Source: Bacteroidales bacterium
GTDB taxonomy: Bacteria > Bacteroidota > Bacteroidia > Bacteroidales > UBA1402
Assembly (NCBI GenBank): GCA_045599885.1
Contig: JAZRWU010000185.1
Location: forward strand, 1 to 35,718
DNA length: 35,718 bases
Reading direction: 5' to 3'
Within the stretch, counting starts at the first letter, position 1. Each line of letters opens with the position of its first letter. Below are positions 8,164 to 16,400 of this stretch, piece by piece. The translations under genes were made by a program, and so were the position numbers. Under the pieces are notes generated by a model that worked only from the letters and a program-made list of their open reading frames with translations, was not told where the DNA came from and ran no database searches.

Positions 8164-9873
8164 TCAGAAAGAGATTCTTGCTCCGGCCACAACGGTGATT
8201 CCGTTGACAGAATAGTCATTCCAGATTTCGTAATGTCTGTCGAGCAGATTGTTGCCTTGGATGAAGACTCCATATTTCGGCAAAATCTGATACGAGACCT
8301 CTGCTCCAAGATCACATATATCTTTCATGCGTGAGAATGGATTTCCGCTTGTGAAAGCATATCGTGTTCCTGCCCAATGAAAAAGAACGGCCGCATGCAG
8401 TTTATCCAAGGGCCGGCTGTCGATTCGGGCATCCCATTCAAATTTCGGAAGATTCCAGACGCGCTTGTCATTGAACAACGGAGTCTGATTTGAGTAAGCG
8501 TTATACTGGAACTGGCTGGTGAACATAATCATCTCTTTCCATTGAGCATGACAGTTGAATCCCAAGAAGAAATGACGGATATTGGCATATTCCACAGAAA
8601 AATAGGGGATGGCTGCGAAATAATTCCCGTCGGGCAATACGTTCAGCCGTTCATTGTAAAACATTCCGAAATCTTTGATAGCACGATATCCGATCAGAGG
8701 GCGGATGCTGAAATATTCCCATGGATGGTAATTGGCCGATACCTGGAATGAGAAAGGTGAATATTGAGGCCGGAGACTTTTATAGGCCGGATTGATGTAA
8801 AGATTCTGTTCAAATCCCTCGCGATAGGCGAACGCATTCTCACCGCCGTCAATGTCAACGGTCAGATCGAGGTCGCTGCGTAATAATCTGTTTGCCGAAA
8901 AACTGGGGGAGATACGCAGGGGAGAATCTTTCCAACTCAAATCTGATAGATGGAAACCGCCGGTAAACCGCCAAGCGTTCCAGAAAAAGACAGCTTTTGG
9001 CGTAATTTCAAACCAGAAGGAAGATTGACTGTCGTCTGGAAATTGTTGGAAAAAACTGCGTATCTGCCCATCGACCCGTACAGAAAGACGTTTGTTGATA
9101 GGATGCGAGAAGAATGCTTTTGCGTCAATTTCCGATTCTGCGGAGCTGTTGGAGTTTTCAGAAATAAAAGGATTGTGGTGAAGAAGGAAATAATGTCCGT
9201 CAATCGAGGCCCCCAACTGATACGGCTTTTCCCATGGTTTGGATTGGAGTCCAACGTGCGCGGCGGTGTGCGAAGACCATTGCGCCGGGATTTCAACAGA
9301 CGGGACAAGAGTCGGGAGCTCTCCGCCGTAATAGTGCCAATTGTGGAACGATTCGGAAAGAGCAGCATCAAATCTGAACTTGTCCATCTGCCACAAATAA
9401 TGGAGACCCAATTTGTTGTCACTGTCCCATAAAAGGGCGTCTCCGGGTTTGTCTTCCGATCTGTGGGAGAGGTTCAAATCAAGATAATGCTTTTCGGAGT
9501 CCTGCAGGAGGTTGATTTGTCCGTCTCCAACGAAATGGAAATGATTGCCGCCGCCGATGCGGAAATAACCTGTCTGGTCTTGTGCGGAATGGTAATATTC
9601 AGGTTGGGCCACCCCATATTGATCGCGGCTTTTCTCGGAGGCGATGGGCGAGCTCTCCGTGAGGAAGGATATTTCCGCACGGTTGAAAACGAGTGGCTCC
9701 GTCGTCGGCATCTGATATATTTTTCCTGCGTCTCCCACACTTGGATTATAATCTTTCTCCAAAAGCAGATCTCTTTGAATCGTATTTTCCTGAGCGGAAG
9801 CGGTTCCGACAATGGCTATCAGCATCGTGGTGCCAAGCAGAAGAATCTTGCCTGAAAGTTTGACCATTTTCAT
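8164..9873 (-). CDS. large outer-membrane beta-barrel ('putative porin' type; TonB-dependent-receptor-like C-terminus, no recognisable plug)
   Basis: 569 aa with signal peptide MKMVKLSGKILLLGTTMLIAIVGTASAQ. The C-terminus ...GNNLLDRHYEIWNDYSVNGITVVAGARISF resembles the last strands of TBDR barrels, and the protein ends in Phe. About 540 mature residues are too few for plug plus barrel. Confidence 0.6.
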   Translation of the reverse strand: MKMVKLSGKILLLGTTMLIAIVGTASAQENTIQRDLLLEKDYNPSVGDAGKIYQMPTTEPLVFNRAEISFLTESSPIASEKSRDQYGVAQPEYYHSAQDQTGYFRIGGGNHFHFVGDGQINLLQDSEKHYLDLNLSHRSEDKPGDALLWDSDNKLGLHYLWQMDKFRFDAALSESFHNWHYYGGELPTLVPSVEIPAQWSSHTAAHVGLQSKPWEKPYQLGASIDGHYFLLHHNPFISENSNSSAESEIDAKAFFSHPINKRLSVRVDGQIRSFFQQFPDDSQSSFWFEITPKAVFFWNAWRFTGGFHLSDLSWKDSPLRISPSFSANRLLRSDLDLTVDIDGGENAFAYREGFEQNLYINPAYKSLRPQYSPFSFQVSANYHPWEYFSIRPLIGYRAIKDFGMFYNERLNVLPDGNYFAAIPYFSVEYANIRHFFLGFNCHAQWKEMIMFTSQFQYNAYSNQTPLFNDKRVWNLPKFEWDARIDSRPLDKLHAAVLFHWAGTRYAFTSGNPFSRMKDICDLGAEVSYQILPKYGVFIQGNNLLDRHYEIWNDYSVNGITVVAGARISF

Positions 9874-9878
9874 AAGGC

Positions 9879-12800
9879 TTATTGATTGTTGCGGGAATTG
9901 ATCACGGCGAGCCGCTCCTCAATCATTCCGTTGATATCGTCATTTTCCTGATAATTGTTGCGGAGGCTGAGGAGATATTGTCTTGCCTGAAAATCTTCTC
10001 CCTTCTTTAAGTATATATCCGACAGCAGAATAAAGCATCGTGCCATCCAATAGGTATGCGAGGTGCCTTCCTGCAGGAATTCCTGGGCTATTTTTTCCGC
10101 CTGATCCGTCTTCCCTGTTTGGAAATAGTAATCGGCCAAACGGAAACGGGCCTCGGCGCCATAGGCGGTCTGTGGTTGCGATGCGAGCGACTCCAGTCCT
10201 TTTACCGCTTCAGAACCTCTGTTCATCCGCAATAACGACATGCTTTGGTTGTAGGTGGCCTCCCGCTGAAGCTCACTGGAAAGCGTGGCGTTCTTCAGCA
10301 GCTCATCCGATACCTGAAGCAATTCGGCATCTTGCTCCAAATAACCATAACACCTCATCATGCCGGTTTGAGCCTTGATCCGTGTATCCTTATTGTCTGC
10401 TAAAGAAGCCAAACGCTTATAATAATCGAGGGCGTTTTGATAAAACTTGCGCTCATAATAGTACGAGGACAGCAGCTCAAGTGCTTGTGTGATATTCTGA
10501 TTGCCGGTGCGTTCAACCACTTTCTCAAGATAAGGAATAGCCTCTTCTTCGTTGTTTTGGCTGAAAAGCAACTGACCGCAATGGTAATTGGCATCCGTGC
10601 TGAATTGTCCGGTAGGATATTGTTTCAGATAGTTCTTGAAAGCCTCAACCGCTTGAAGATCTTTGCCATCCATCATCTGCCGTTCAGCTGCGGAGTACAA
10701 AAGCGAGTCTTTTTCGTTGGCTTTGATGGAAAACGAAGGACCGAGAGCTTCCACATAATCCACATAATCCTGTACGTTGTTGGTGGCTACATAAATGGTT
10801 TTCAAATCGTTAATGGCGGTTTTTGCTTCGCTGCTGCCCGGATATCGGCTGATGATCTGTTGATAGGCATTGATGGCTTTCTGATTGCTGCCCTGATTGT
10901 AATAAAGCAAGCCGATTTGCAGTCCGGCTTTTCGGGCCAGATCGCAGTTGGGATATGTATTGAAAAGTTTCTCAAAGCTGTTGATGGCTTTGTTGTTCTG
11001 ACTCATGGCCACATAGGCGCGTCCCTGTTCATATAGGGCATCGTCATGAAGGTCTGATTCTACGAACCGCGTGTTGAACTGCTCCAGCAAGGAGGCTTTT
11101 TGAGCGTATTCCTGTTCAAGCCCTTTGCAAAATGCCTGTTGGAACACGGCATAATCGTTCCCTTCGGGCGACATCAAGTCACATTTTTTGTAGTTCTGAA
11201 CGGCCTTGGCGTAGTCGCGGTTTTGGTAGTAACAGTCACCGATACGGTTGAGCGCGTCTGCATAGGTGGGGTCTGAGGTATTGGTGTTCAGTTTGATGTA
11301 TTTCTCGAAAGCATTCAGGGCCCCGCTGTAATCTTTCAAATTGAAATCACAATAACCGAGATTATAATGGGCGAAAGGGTAAGCCTTTAATTTTGAAGAA
11401 CCGTTGGAACGGATGAATTTGGAGAAATCCAGTCTGGCGGCTTCGGGCTGATCAAGACGGAAATAAGATTCTCCCCGCCAGAAATAGGCTTCTGCTGCGG
11501 ATTTTTTGATTTTCTCCGATTGTGTGATGGATTTATCAAATTGGGAAACGGCACTTTTGTATTCTCCATTGTTGAATTGATTCACACCTAGCAGGAACAG
11601 CAGTTTGGCCCTTGTCTCCAGCAAAGTCTGACTGGGCTTTTCAATTTTGTCGATAAATGCGATGGCTGCGCTGTAATTGTTGGAACTGAGAAAGGCATCG
11701 GCCAAATAGCTGTATATCTGATTGGAATACCGGCTGTTGGGAAATTCTTCCAAAATTCTCTCAAAGGCATGAACTTGCTCATCAAAAGGAGAGATAGAGC
11801 TTTTATAACACATCAAAGCGAAATTGAACAGGGCGTTTTCTTTGGTGTCCGGATCGTAATTGTCCAAAGAGGATCTTTCAAAACTCATTCTCGCCATATT
11901 GTCATTACCGGAATTCAGATAGCAGATACCGAGATGGTAAATGGCATTCTGCGAAACGGCATCTTCGCCGGCGGTGGCTTTGGAGAAGTAACTGATGGCC
12001 TGAGTGTAATTCTCTTCCATAAAATACAGCATACCTATCCGATAGGCATCCGGACGCGACAATTCCGGTTGAAACGACAGGTATTTCTGATATAATGCCT
12101 TCGCTTCCGGATAATTCTTTTTCTCAAAATCAGCGGCCGCGGTCAGTCTGTATAATTCTTTGCGGTCGGCGTCCTCACGCTCCATCAATTCATCCGCAAG
12201 TTGCAATACCTGATCGTATTCTCCTGTTTCAAGAAGAATCTGAAGCAGATGGTAGGGGACGACTGACTGATACTGTTCAACGGAAGCCAAATCTGAAAAA
12301 AGCTCTTTCGCCTGTCCGTATTGCTGAGTCTGTTGAGCGATACAAGCGGAATAATATGTCGCGGCAGTCTTGTATGGACTGTCCTTTTTCAATATTTCGA
12401 ACAATGGAGCGGCTGTTTGGAGATCTCCGGTCTGCAAATGAGATGTGGCTGAGGCGAATATATAGTCGTAATACTCTTCTGTCGTGAGATTCTCTGTCTT
12501 GCAATCCTTGAGGAATGAGAGAGCATCTTCATATTCTCCCGCATCCATTGCGCAGTTGGCCAGCCAGCAATTGACTTTGGAAGAATAGATGGAAGTGGGA
12601 TATTGATGGGAAAAATCCCGTAAAAGATTGCCGGCTTCCATCTGTTTGAGATAATAGGCCGAAGCCGCCGACAGGAATCGGGCGGTCTCCAGATCGGCCC
12701 CGTTCAAGTGAGTGTTTTGGGAAAGAAGATCATTGACCGTGTGACGGGCAGCGGCATATTCACCATTTTGGTATTGAGTCTCCGCCAAAGCAAGAAGATT

Positions 12801-12893
12801 TTTCTTTTGGTCTTTTGAGTTGTTGCTTTGTGCCGGTACCATCGTCGCACAAAACAGAAAAGCCAGTATGAATATTTTTTTCATAAACATCAT
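9879..12893 (-). CDS. periplasmic tetratricopeptide-repeat (TPR) protein, about 1000 aa
   Basis: Long ORF with repeated A/Y/L-spaced TPR-like units throughout (e.g. YAAARH, YEDALSF, YPEAKALYQKYL, YTQAISYF). The track start at 12905 is TTG, with in-frame ATGs at 12893, 12890 and 12884. Signal peptide MKKIFILAFLFCATMVPAQ. Confidence 0.85.
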   Translation of the reverse strand: MMFMKKIFILAFLFCATMVPAQSNNSKDQKKNLLALAETQYQNGEYAAARHTVNDLLSQNTHLNGADLETARFLSAASAYYLKQMEAGNLLRDFSHQYPTSIYSSKVNCWLANCAMDAGEYEDALSFLKDCKTENLTTEEYYDYIFASATSHLQTGDLQTAAPLFEILKKDSPYKTAATYYSACIAQQTQQYGQAKELFSDLASVEQYQSVVPYHLLQILLETGEYDQVLQLADELMEREDADRKELYRLTAAADFEKKNYPEAKALYQKYLSFQPELSRPDAYRIGMLYFMEENYTQAISYFSKATAGEDAVSQNAIYHLGICYLNSGNDNMARMSFERSSLDNYDPDTKENALFNFALMCYKSSISPFDEQVHAFERILEEFPNSRYSNQIYSYLADAFLSSNNYSAAIAFIDKIEKPSQTLLETRAKLLFLLGVNQFNNGEYKSAVSQFDKSITQSEKIKKSAAEAYFWRGESYFRLDQPEAARLDFSKFIRSNGSSKLKAYPFAHYNLGYCDFNLKDYSGALNAFEKYIKLNTNTSDPTYADALNRIGDCYYQNRDYAKAVQNYKKCDLMSPEGNDYAVFQQAFCKGLEQEYAQKASLLEQFNTRFVESDLHDDALYEQGRAYVAMSQNNKAINSFEKLFNTYPNCDLARKAGLQIGLLYYNQGSNQKAINAYQQIISRYPGSSEAKTAINDLKTIYVATNNVQDYVDYVEALGPSFSIKANEKDSLLYSAAERQMMDGKDLQAVEAFKNYLKQYPTGQFSTDANYHCGQLLFSQNNEEEAIPYLEKVVERTGNQNITQALELLSSYYYERKFYQNALDYYKRLASLADNKDTRIKAQTGMMRCYGYLEQDAELLQVSDELLKNATLSSELQREATYNQSMSLLRMNRGSEAVKGLESLASQPQTAYGAEARFRLADYYFQTGKTDQAEKIAQEFLQEGTSHTYWMARCFILLSDIYLKKGEDFQARQYLLSLRNNYQENDDINGMIEERLAVINSRNNQ

Positions 12894-12928
12894 AAAAGTC
12901 AGCAAGGGAAAGCTTATAATCCAAACAA

Positions 12929-12936
12929 CAAAGGTA
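12929..12936 (-). promoter_or_regulatory. -7 box (TACCTTTG) for the TPR-barrel-recO unit
   Basis: The reverse complement of caaaggta matches TAnnTTTG exactly. It lies 35 nt upstream of the ATG at 12893. Confidence 0.5.
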
Positions 12937-13099
12937 TAATTTTAAGTAGCTCCTAAAAAACAACTTGGTAAACTTTTTGAATCTTTTTGGTCTATATTCC
13001 TGTCATCGGTCGTTTAGCCCGCTATTCCACGCAAAACGATAGACAAAACCGTTCTCAAAAACAGCTCTCAAAAAATCTCGAAACAAATTTAAACAGCTT

Positions 13100-13133
13100 C
13101 TAAATCAAGAAGAGAGGCTTGCGCCTCTCTTCT
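13100..13133 (-). terminator. strong hairpin (11-bp perfect stem, GCAA loop on the minus strand) followed by UGAUUU; candidate terminator or attenuator
   Basis: 13108-13118 (agaagagaggc) pairs perfectly with 13123-13133 (gcctctcttct). On the minus strand the loop is the GNRA tetraloop GCAA and the stem is followed by TGATTTAG. On the plus strand no U-tract follows. Confidence 0.4.
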
Positions 13134-13203
13134 CTAAAAGCAGGCCGCCTCCCGGGAGCCTTACTTCTTTAACCTTAAATCTAATACCATGAAAAACACG
13201 TTG

Positions 13204-13235
13204 CAAATATATGCATAGTATTTTCATAATACAAA
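13204..13235 (-). promoter_or_regulatory. orphan -33 (TTTG) / -7 (TATATTTG) promoter pair with no CDS directly downstream
   Basis: On the minus strand, TTTG is at 13232-13235, then a 20-nt spacer, then TATATTTG at 13204-13211. This matches the reported Bacteroides -33/-7 architecture. It lies just downstream of the RluA-family stop codon. Confidence 0.45.
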
Positions 13236-13260
13236 TATTTTATCCGAAAAAAATCAATAA

Positions 13261-13932
13261 TTATGATTCCAATAGGCGCCAAATCGGCTCATCCTTTGGG
13301 AAATCAGCAACAATATCAATCACTTGCTTGCTGACGGGATGCGTGAAAAAAACTCGTCTGGAATGCAGGGAAATGCCTCCATTGGGGTTTGAGCGCGGGA
13401 ATCCGTATTTCAGATCGCCCTTGATGGGGCAACCCATCGCAGCCAGCTGACAGCGTATCTGATGGTGCCGTCCGGTTTTGAGATCAATTTCCAAAAGAGT
13501 GTACCGGTCGCTTTTCCCTACCACTTTATAGTCCAGAATGGCTTTTTTGGAATTGGGTTTCTCTTTGTCGAATGCGAAAGATTTGTTCAACTTCTCATTC
13601 CGGACGATGTACTGCTCCAGCCGACCTTCGTTTTGGGGAGGGAAGCCGGAGACAATCGCCAGATAGGTTTTGTGAATTTCATTGTTGCGGAACATCTCAT
13701 TGAGCCTTGTCAGGGCTTTGCTGGTCTTCGCGAAAATCACGCAACCCGATACAGGCCTGTCGAGACGGTGTGTTACGCCGAGAAAGACATTGCCTGGTTT
13801 ATTGTATTTTTCTTTCAGCCAGCGTTTCAGTGTCTCTTCCAACGGCTCATCCCCGGTTTTATCGCCTTGAACAATCTCCGAATTGGTTTTGTTGACGATA
13901 ATGATGTGATTGTCCTCGTACAGAATAGTCAT
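13261..13932 (-). CDS. RluA-family pseudouridine synthase
   Basis: 223 aa with the catalytic motif VTHRLDRPVSGCVIFAKT (HRLD..TSG-type) and HQIRCQLA. No S4 domain. Confidence 0.88.
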   Translation of the reverse strand: MTILYEDNHIIIVNKTNSEIVQGDKTGDEPLEETLKRWLKEKYNKPGNVFLGVTHRLDRPVSGCVIFAKTSKALTRLNEMFRNNEIHKTYLAIVSGFPPQNEGRLEQYIVRNEKLNKSFAFDKEKPNSKKAILDYKVVGKSDRYTLLEIDLKTGRHHQIRCQLAAMGCPIKGDLKYGFPRSNPNGGISLHSRRVFFTHPVSKQVIDIVADFPKDEPIWRLLES

Positions 13933-13966
13933 AGGCGTTCGTTTTCAAACGAGATGTCCATATATG

Positions 13967-13996
13967 AAAAAAAAGACCGTATCCAAAGATACAGTC
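13967..13996 (-). terminator. rho-independent terminator of rpsT
   Basis: The minus strand reads GACTGTATC-TTTG-GATACGGTC (9 bp, one G.U) followed by T8. It starts 28 nt after the rpsT stop. Confidence 0.72.
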
Positions 13997-14023
13997 TGAC
14001 ACTCCAGCGTATAGGAATGTAAG

Positions 14024-14278
14024 TCAGGCAAGGCTGTTAACCAACTTAGCCAGACTCGATTTCAGATTGGCGGCTTTATTCTTGTGAATAATGCCTTTCT
14101 TTGCCAAGCGATCCAACATCGAACTGACCTTCGGCAGAGCAGCTTCAGCTTCGGCCTTATCCGTCATGGCGCGCAAGTCGCGGATAGCGTTACGGCAAGT
14201 CTTGGCATAATAACGGTTGCTCAAACGTCTGGTCTGTGTCTGACGAATTCTCTTGATGGATGATTTGTGGTTTGCCAT
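14024..14278 (-). CDS. rpsT: 30S ribosomal protein S20
   Basis: 84 aa. [27 protein letters not shown]... is the canonical S20 N-terminus. Confidence 0.95.
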   Translation of the reverse strand: MANHKSSIKRIRQTQTRRLSNRYYAKTCRNAIRDLRAMTDKAEAEAALPKVSSMLDRLAKKGIIHKNKAANLKSSLAKLVNSLA

Positions 14279-14299
14279 TTCTCAATGCGTTAAAGTTTG

Positions 14300-14371
14300 T
14301 AGTCCATAGCAGAATCGAACTGCTCTCTCAAGAATGAAAATCTTGCGTCCTAACCGATAGACTAATGGACC
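14300..14371 (-). tRNA. tRNA-Glu (anticodon TTC)
   Basis: Hand-folded: GGTCCAT TA GTCT ATCGGTTA GGAC G CAAGA TTTTCAT TCTTG AGAG AGCAG TTCGATT CTGCT ATGGACT A. The D-arm GTCT/GGAC matches known tRNA-Glu. G1.U72 is a wobble pair. Confidence 0.85.
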
Positions 14372-14418
14372 GGCCTGTGCATCCAAGAACCACCCTTTGG
14401 CGGGCTTTTTTGCGGCTG

Positions 14419-14426
14419 CAAAGATA
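14419..14426 (-). promoter_or_regulatory. -7 box (TATCTTTG) upstream of tRNA-Glu/rpsT
   Basis: The reverse complement of caaagata matches TAnnTTTG exactly. It lies 47 nt upstream of the tRNA-Glu 5' end. Confidence 0.5.
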
Positions 14427-14471
14427 TATAAAAAAACAAACGTGCAAAAGTTTTTCTATAAAAAAACGGTA

Positions 14472-16175
14472 TTATTCGCTATTTCTTTGATTCTCAGAAA
14501 TGGTAGGTTTAAGATAAGAATGGTACAAATCCATATCTGACAATATTTCAATGGCTTTCTTGGTGTATTCGTCGTCTTTCAGGCTTTGTTGGATCTCTCC
14601 TTTCTGATAATAATACCTGAGAACGATTTCCTGAGCAAGCATCGGTTCAATCTCTTTACGGAAATATTGAAGGTCGTATTCCAGATTTTTGTCAAGTTTC
14701 CGCTCCAGGTTATCCAGTTCTTTTTGGACGTTTTTGTAATATCCTTCGAGTTTCAGAGCGGATTTCAGTTCGTTGATTTTCTGTTTGCTCAATTTGTCAT
14801 ATTCAACACCGGTATTCACGACGTATTGACAGAAATCGTTGTATTCTCCGTCGCTGAGGGCGAACGATTCAATAGGTGCGATTTTGGGGTGCTTGCGGAA
14901 ATAGGCATTGGCATAGTCGAAAAAGTAAGTGCCCGTTGCCAGTTTATAAGTCAGATTTGAAAAGGTTGAGTCTGTAATAAGCACATCGGGCCGGATACCG
15001 CCTCCATCGCGCACTTCTCTTCCAGCCCGGGTATGGAATACGGTTGTGAGGCTGTCGGGAATGCGTCCGACGCTTCCGTCTTCATTCCTGTTGGAATAGT
15101 CGATAGCCTGGATGCACCGTCCGGAGGGAATGTAGTATTTGGCGGTGGTGACTTTGACGATGCCGTCATATGGAAGTTCCAGCGTCCTTTGAACCAGGCC
15201 TTTGCCAAAAGTGCGTCCGCCAAGGATCACGGCCCGGTCAAGATCCTGCATGGCGCCCGAGACGATTTCAGAGGCAGAGGCGGATAGGCTGTTGGTGATG
15301 ATGACCAGAGGCATTTCGCTGTCAAGGGCAGGTTTGCTGGTTTTATAGACTTCGTTCAATTTGTTGTTGCGGCTGCGGGTGGAGACAATGGTCTCGCCTT
15401 TCCCGACAAAGTAATTGCAGATATTGACGGCTTCGGTCAAAAGTCCGCCTCCATTGTTGCGGAGATCCAGAATCATTCTTTCCGCTCCCTGCTCTTTAAG
15501 ACTTTTGAGAGCGCGTCCCACTTCAGCTGCCGACTTGTCGGTGAAGCTGCTGAGGAAAATATAGCCTATTTTCGGAGCAATCATCCCAAAATATTGGACC
15601 TGATCAATTTGGATGAGTTCTCTGACAATGCTTTTTTTGAAAGGTTTTTTCACGCCTTCCCGCGAAATCAGCAGCGCGACCTCTGTCCCGGGTTGACCGC
15701 GCAGAAGATCACTTGCGTAGGAAGTTTCTTTCCCTTCCAGTTTATTGCCGTCAATTTCCAGAATCTCATCTCCGAAAAGAAGTCCTGCCTTATATGCCGG
15801 CATGTTCTCGTATGGCTCATTGATATATATATGTCCATTACGCGATGCGATTACCGCACCGATGCCGCCGTATTCTCCCGTGGTCATAAACTTCAGGTCT
15901 CCCAACTCATCAGAGGGAATGTATTCTGTGTAGGGATCATAGGACGACAGCATCCCGTCAACCGCATCTTTGAACACATCGTCAATATCGACACTATCGA
16001 CGTAATAGGTGTCCAATTCGCGAAACAGCGAGTGGAGTATGTCAAAATTCTTGCTGATTTTGAAATAGCGGTTCTCATCGGCGGGTTGCCATGCCGTGGA
16101 AACAATCATCAGCAAGCATATCATCGGAAATGAAAGAAGCGTAATCAGGTGTTCTTTGTTGAATTTTTTCATCAT
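14472..16175 (-). CDS. S41 family C-terminal processing (tail-specific) peptidase with PDZ domain
   Basis: 567 aa with an N-terminal membrane anchor. PDZ-like segment GLLFGDEILEIDGNKLEG. S41 core LDLRNNGGGLL, catalytic-Ser region NSLSASASEIVSGAMQD, and GGRTFGKG. Confidence 0.88.
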   Translation of the reverse strand: MMKKFNKEHLITLLSFPMICLLMIVSTAWQPADENRYFKISKNFDILHSLFRELDTYYVDSVDIDDVFKDAVDGMLSSYDPYTEYIPSDELGDLKFMTTGEYGGIGAVIASRNGHIYINEPYENMPAYKAGLLFGDEILEIDGNKLEGKETSYASDLLRGQPGTEVALLISREGVKKPFKKSIVRELIQIDQVQYFGMIAPKIGYIFLSSFTDKSAAEVGRALKSLKEQGAERMILDLRNNGGGLLTEAVNICNYFVGKGETIVSTRSRNNKLNEVYKTSKPALDSEMPLVIITNSLSASASEIVSGAMQDLDRAVILGGRTFGKGLVQRTLELPYDGIVKVTTAKYYIPSGRCIQAIDYSNRNEDGSVGRIPDSLTTVFHTRAGREVRDGGGIRPDVLITDSTFSNLTYKLATGTYFFDYANAYFRKHPKIAPIESFALSDGEYNDFCQYVVNTGVEYDKLSKQKINELKSALKLEGYYKNVQKELDNLERKLDKNLEYDLQYFRKEIEPMLAQEIVLRYYYQKGEIQQSLKDDEYTKKAIEILSDMDLYHSYLKPTISENQRNSE

Positions 16176-16212
16176 ATATCAAGAAAAATCAGTTTTTGTC
16201 AAATTTTTTCTG

Positions 16213-16220
16213 CAAAGATA
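16213..16220 (-). promoter_or_regulatory. -7 box (TATCTTTG) for the S41 peptidase gene
   Basis: Exact TAnnTTTG match on the minus strand, 37 nt upstream of the ATG at 16175. Confidence 0.5.
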
Positions 16221-16243
16221 TTGCAGAATTCGAAAACGGGCTG

Positions 16244-16251
16244 TACCTTTG
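16244..16251 (+). promoter_or_regulatory. -7 box (TACCTTTG) for tRNA-Asn
   Basis: Exact TAnnTTTG match 31 nt upstream of the tRNA-Asn 5' end, divergent from the S41 promoter. Confidence 0.55.
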
Positions 16252-16282
16252 CATCGCTTTTTGAAAAACAAAAGTTAAATCT

Positions 16283-16356
16283 TCTTCAGTAGCTCAGTTG
16301 GTTAGAGCACCTGACTGTTAATCAGGGGGTCGTAGGTTCAAGTCCTACCTGAAGAG
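16283..16356 (+). tRNA. tRNA-Asn (anticodon GTT)
   Basis: Hand-folded: TCTTCAG TA GCTC AGTTGGTTA GAGC A CCTGA CTGTTAA TCAGG GGGTC GTAGG TTCAAGT CCTAC CTGAAGA G. All stems are Watson-Crick, and U1-A72 is as in known tRNA-Asn. Confidence 0.92.
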
Positions 16357-16368
16357 CGATTGGAAATG

Positions 16369-16400
16369 AAGCACTTGCGATTTTTTCGTAAGTGCTTTTT
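16369..16400 (+). terminator. rho-independent terminator after tRNA-Asn
   Basis: 12-bp stem (16369-16380 pairs with 16386-16397, one G.U), a T5 loop, running into TTTTT. Confidence 0.7.

Noticed and set aside
13149-13158. Perfect 10-nt palindrome ctcccgggag
   Set aside because: It has no loop, so it cannot form a meaningful RNA hairpin. It is short enough to occur by chance and is simply a SmaI/XmaI-type site.
13105-13227. 40-codon minus-strand ORF (MKILCIYLQRVFHGIRFKVKEV...) in the large intergenic gap
   Set aside because: Its ATG lies upstream of the -7 box that would drive transcription here. The peptide reads straight through the hairpin and has no protein-like features. A non-coding interpretation is preferred.
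12906-13260. Possibility that the gap encodes a known housekeeping RNA (SRP/4.5S, tmRNA, RNase P, 6S)
   Set aside because: By eye I found no GGAA-tetraloop/AGCAGCC SRP core, no tRNA-like T-arm/CCA end, and no GAGGAAAGTCCGGGC-type RNase P motif. This cannot be excluded without a covariance-model search.
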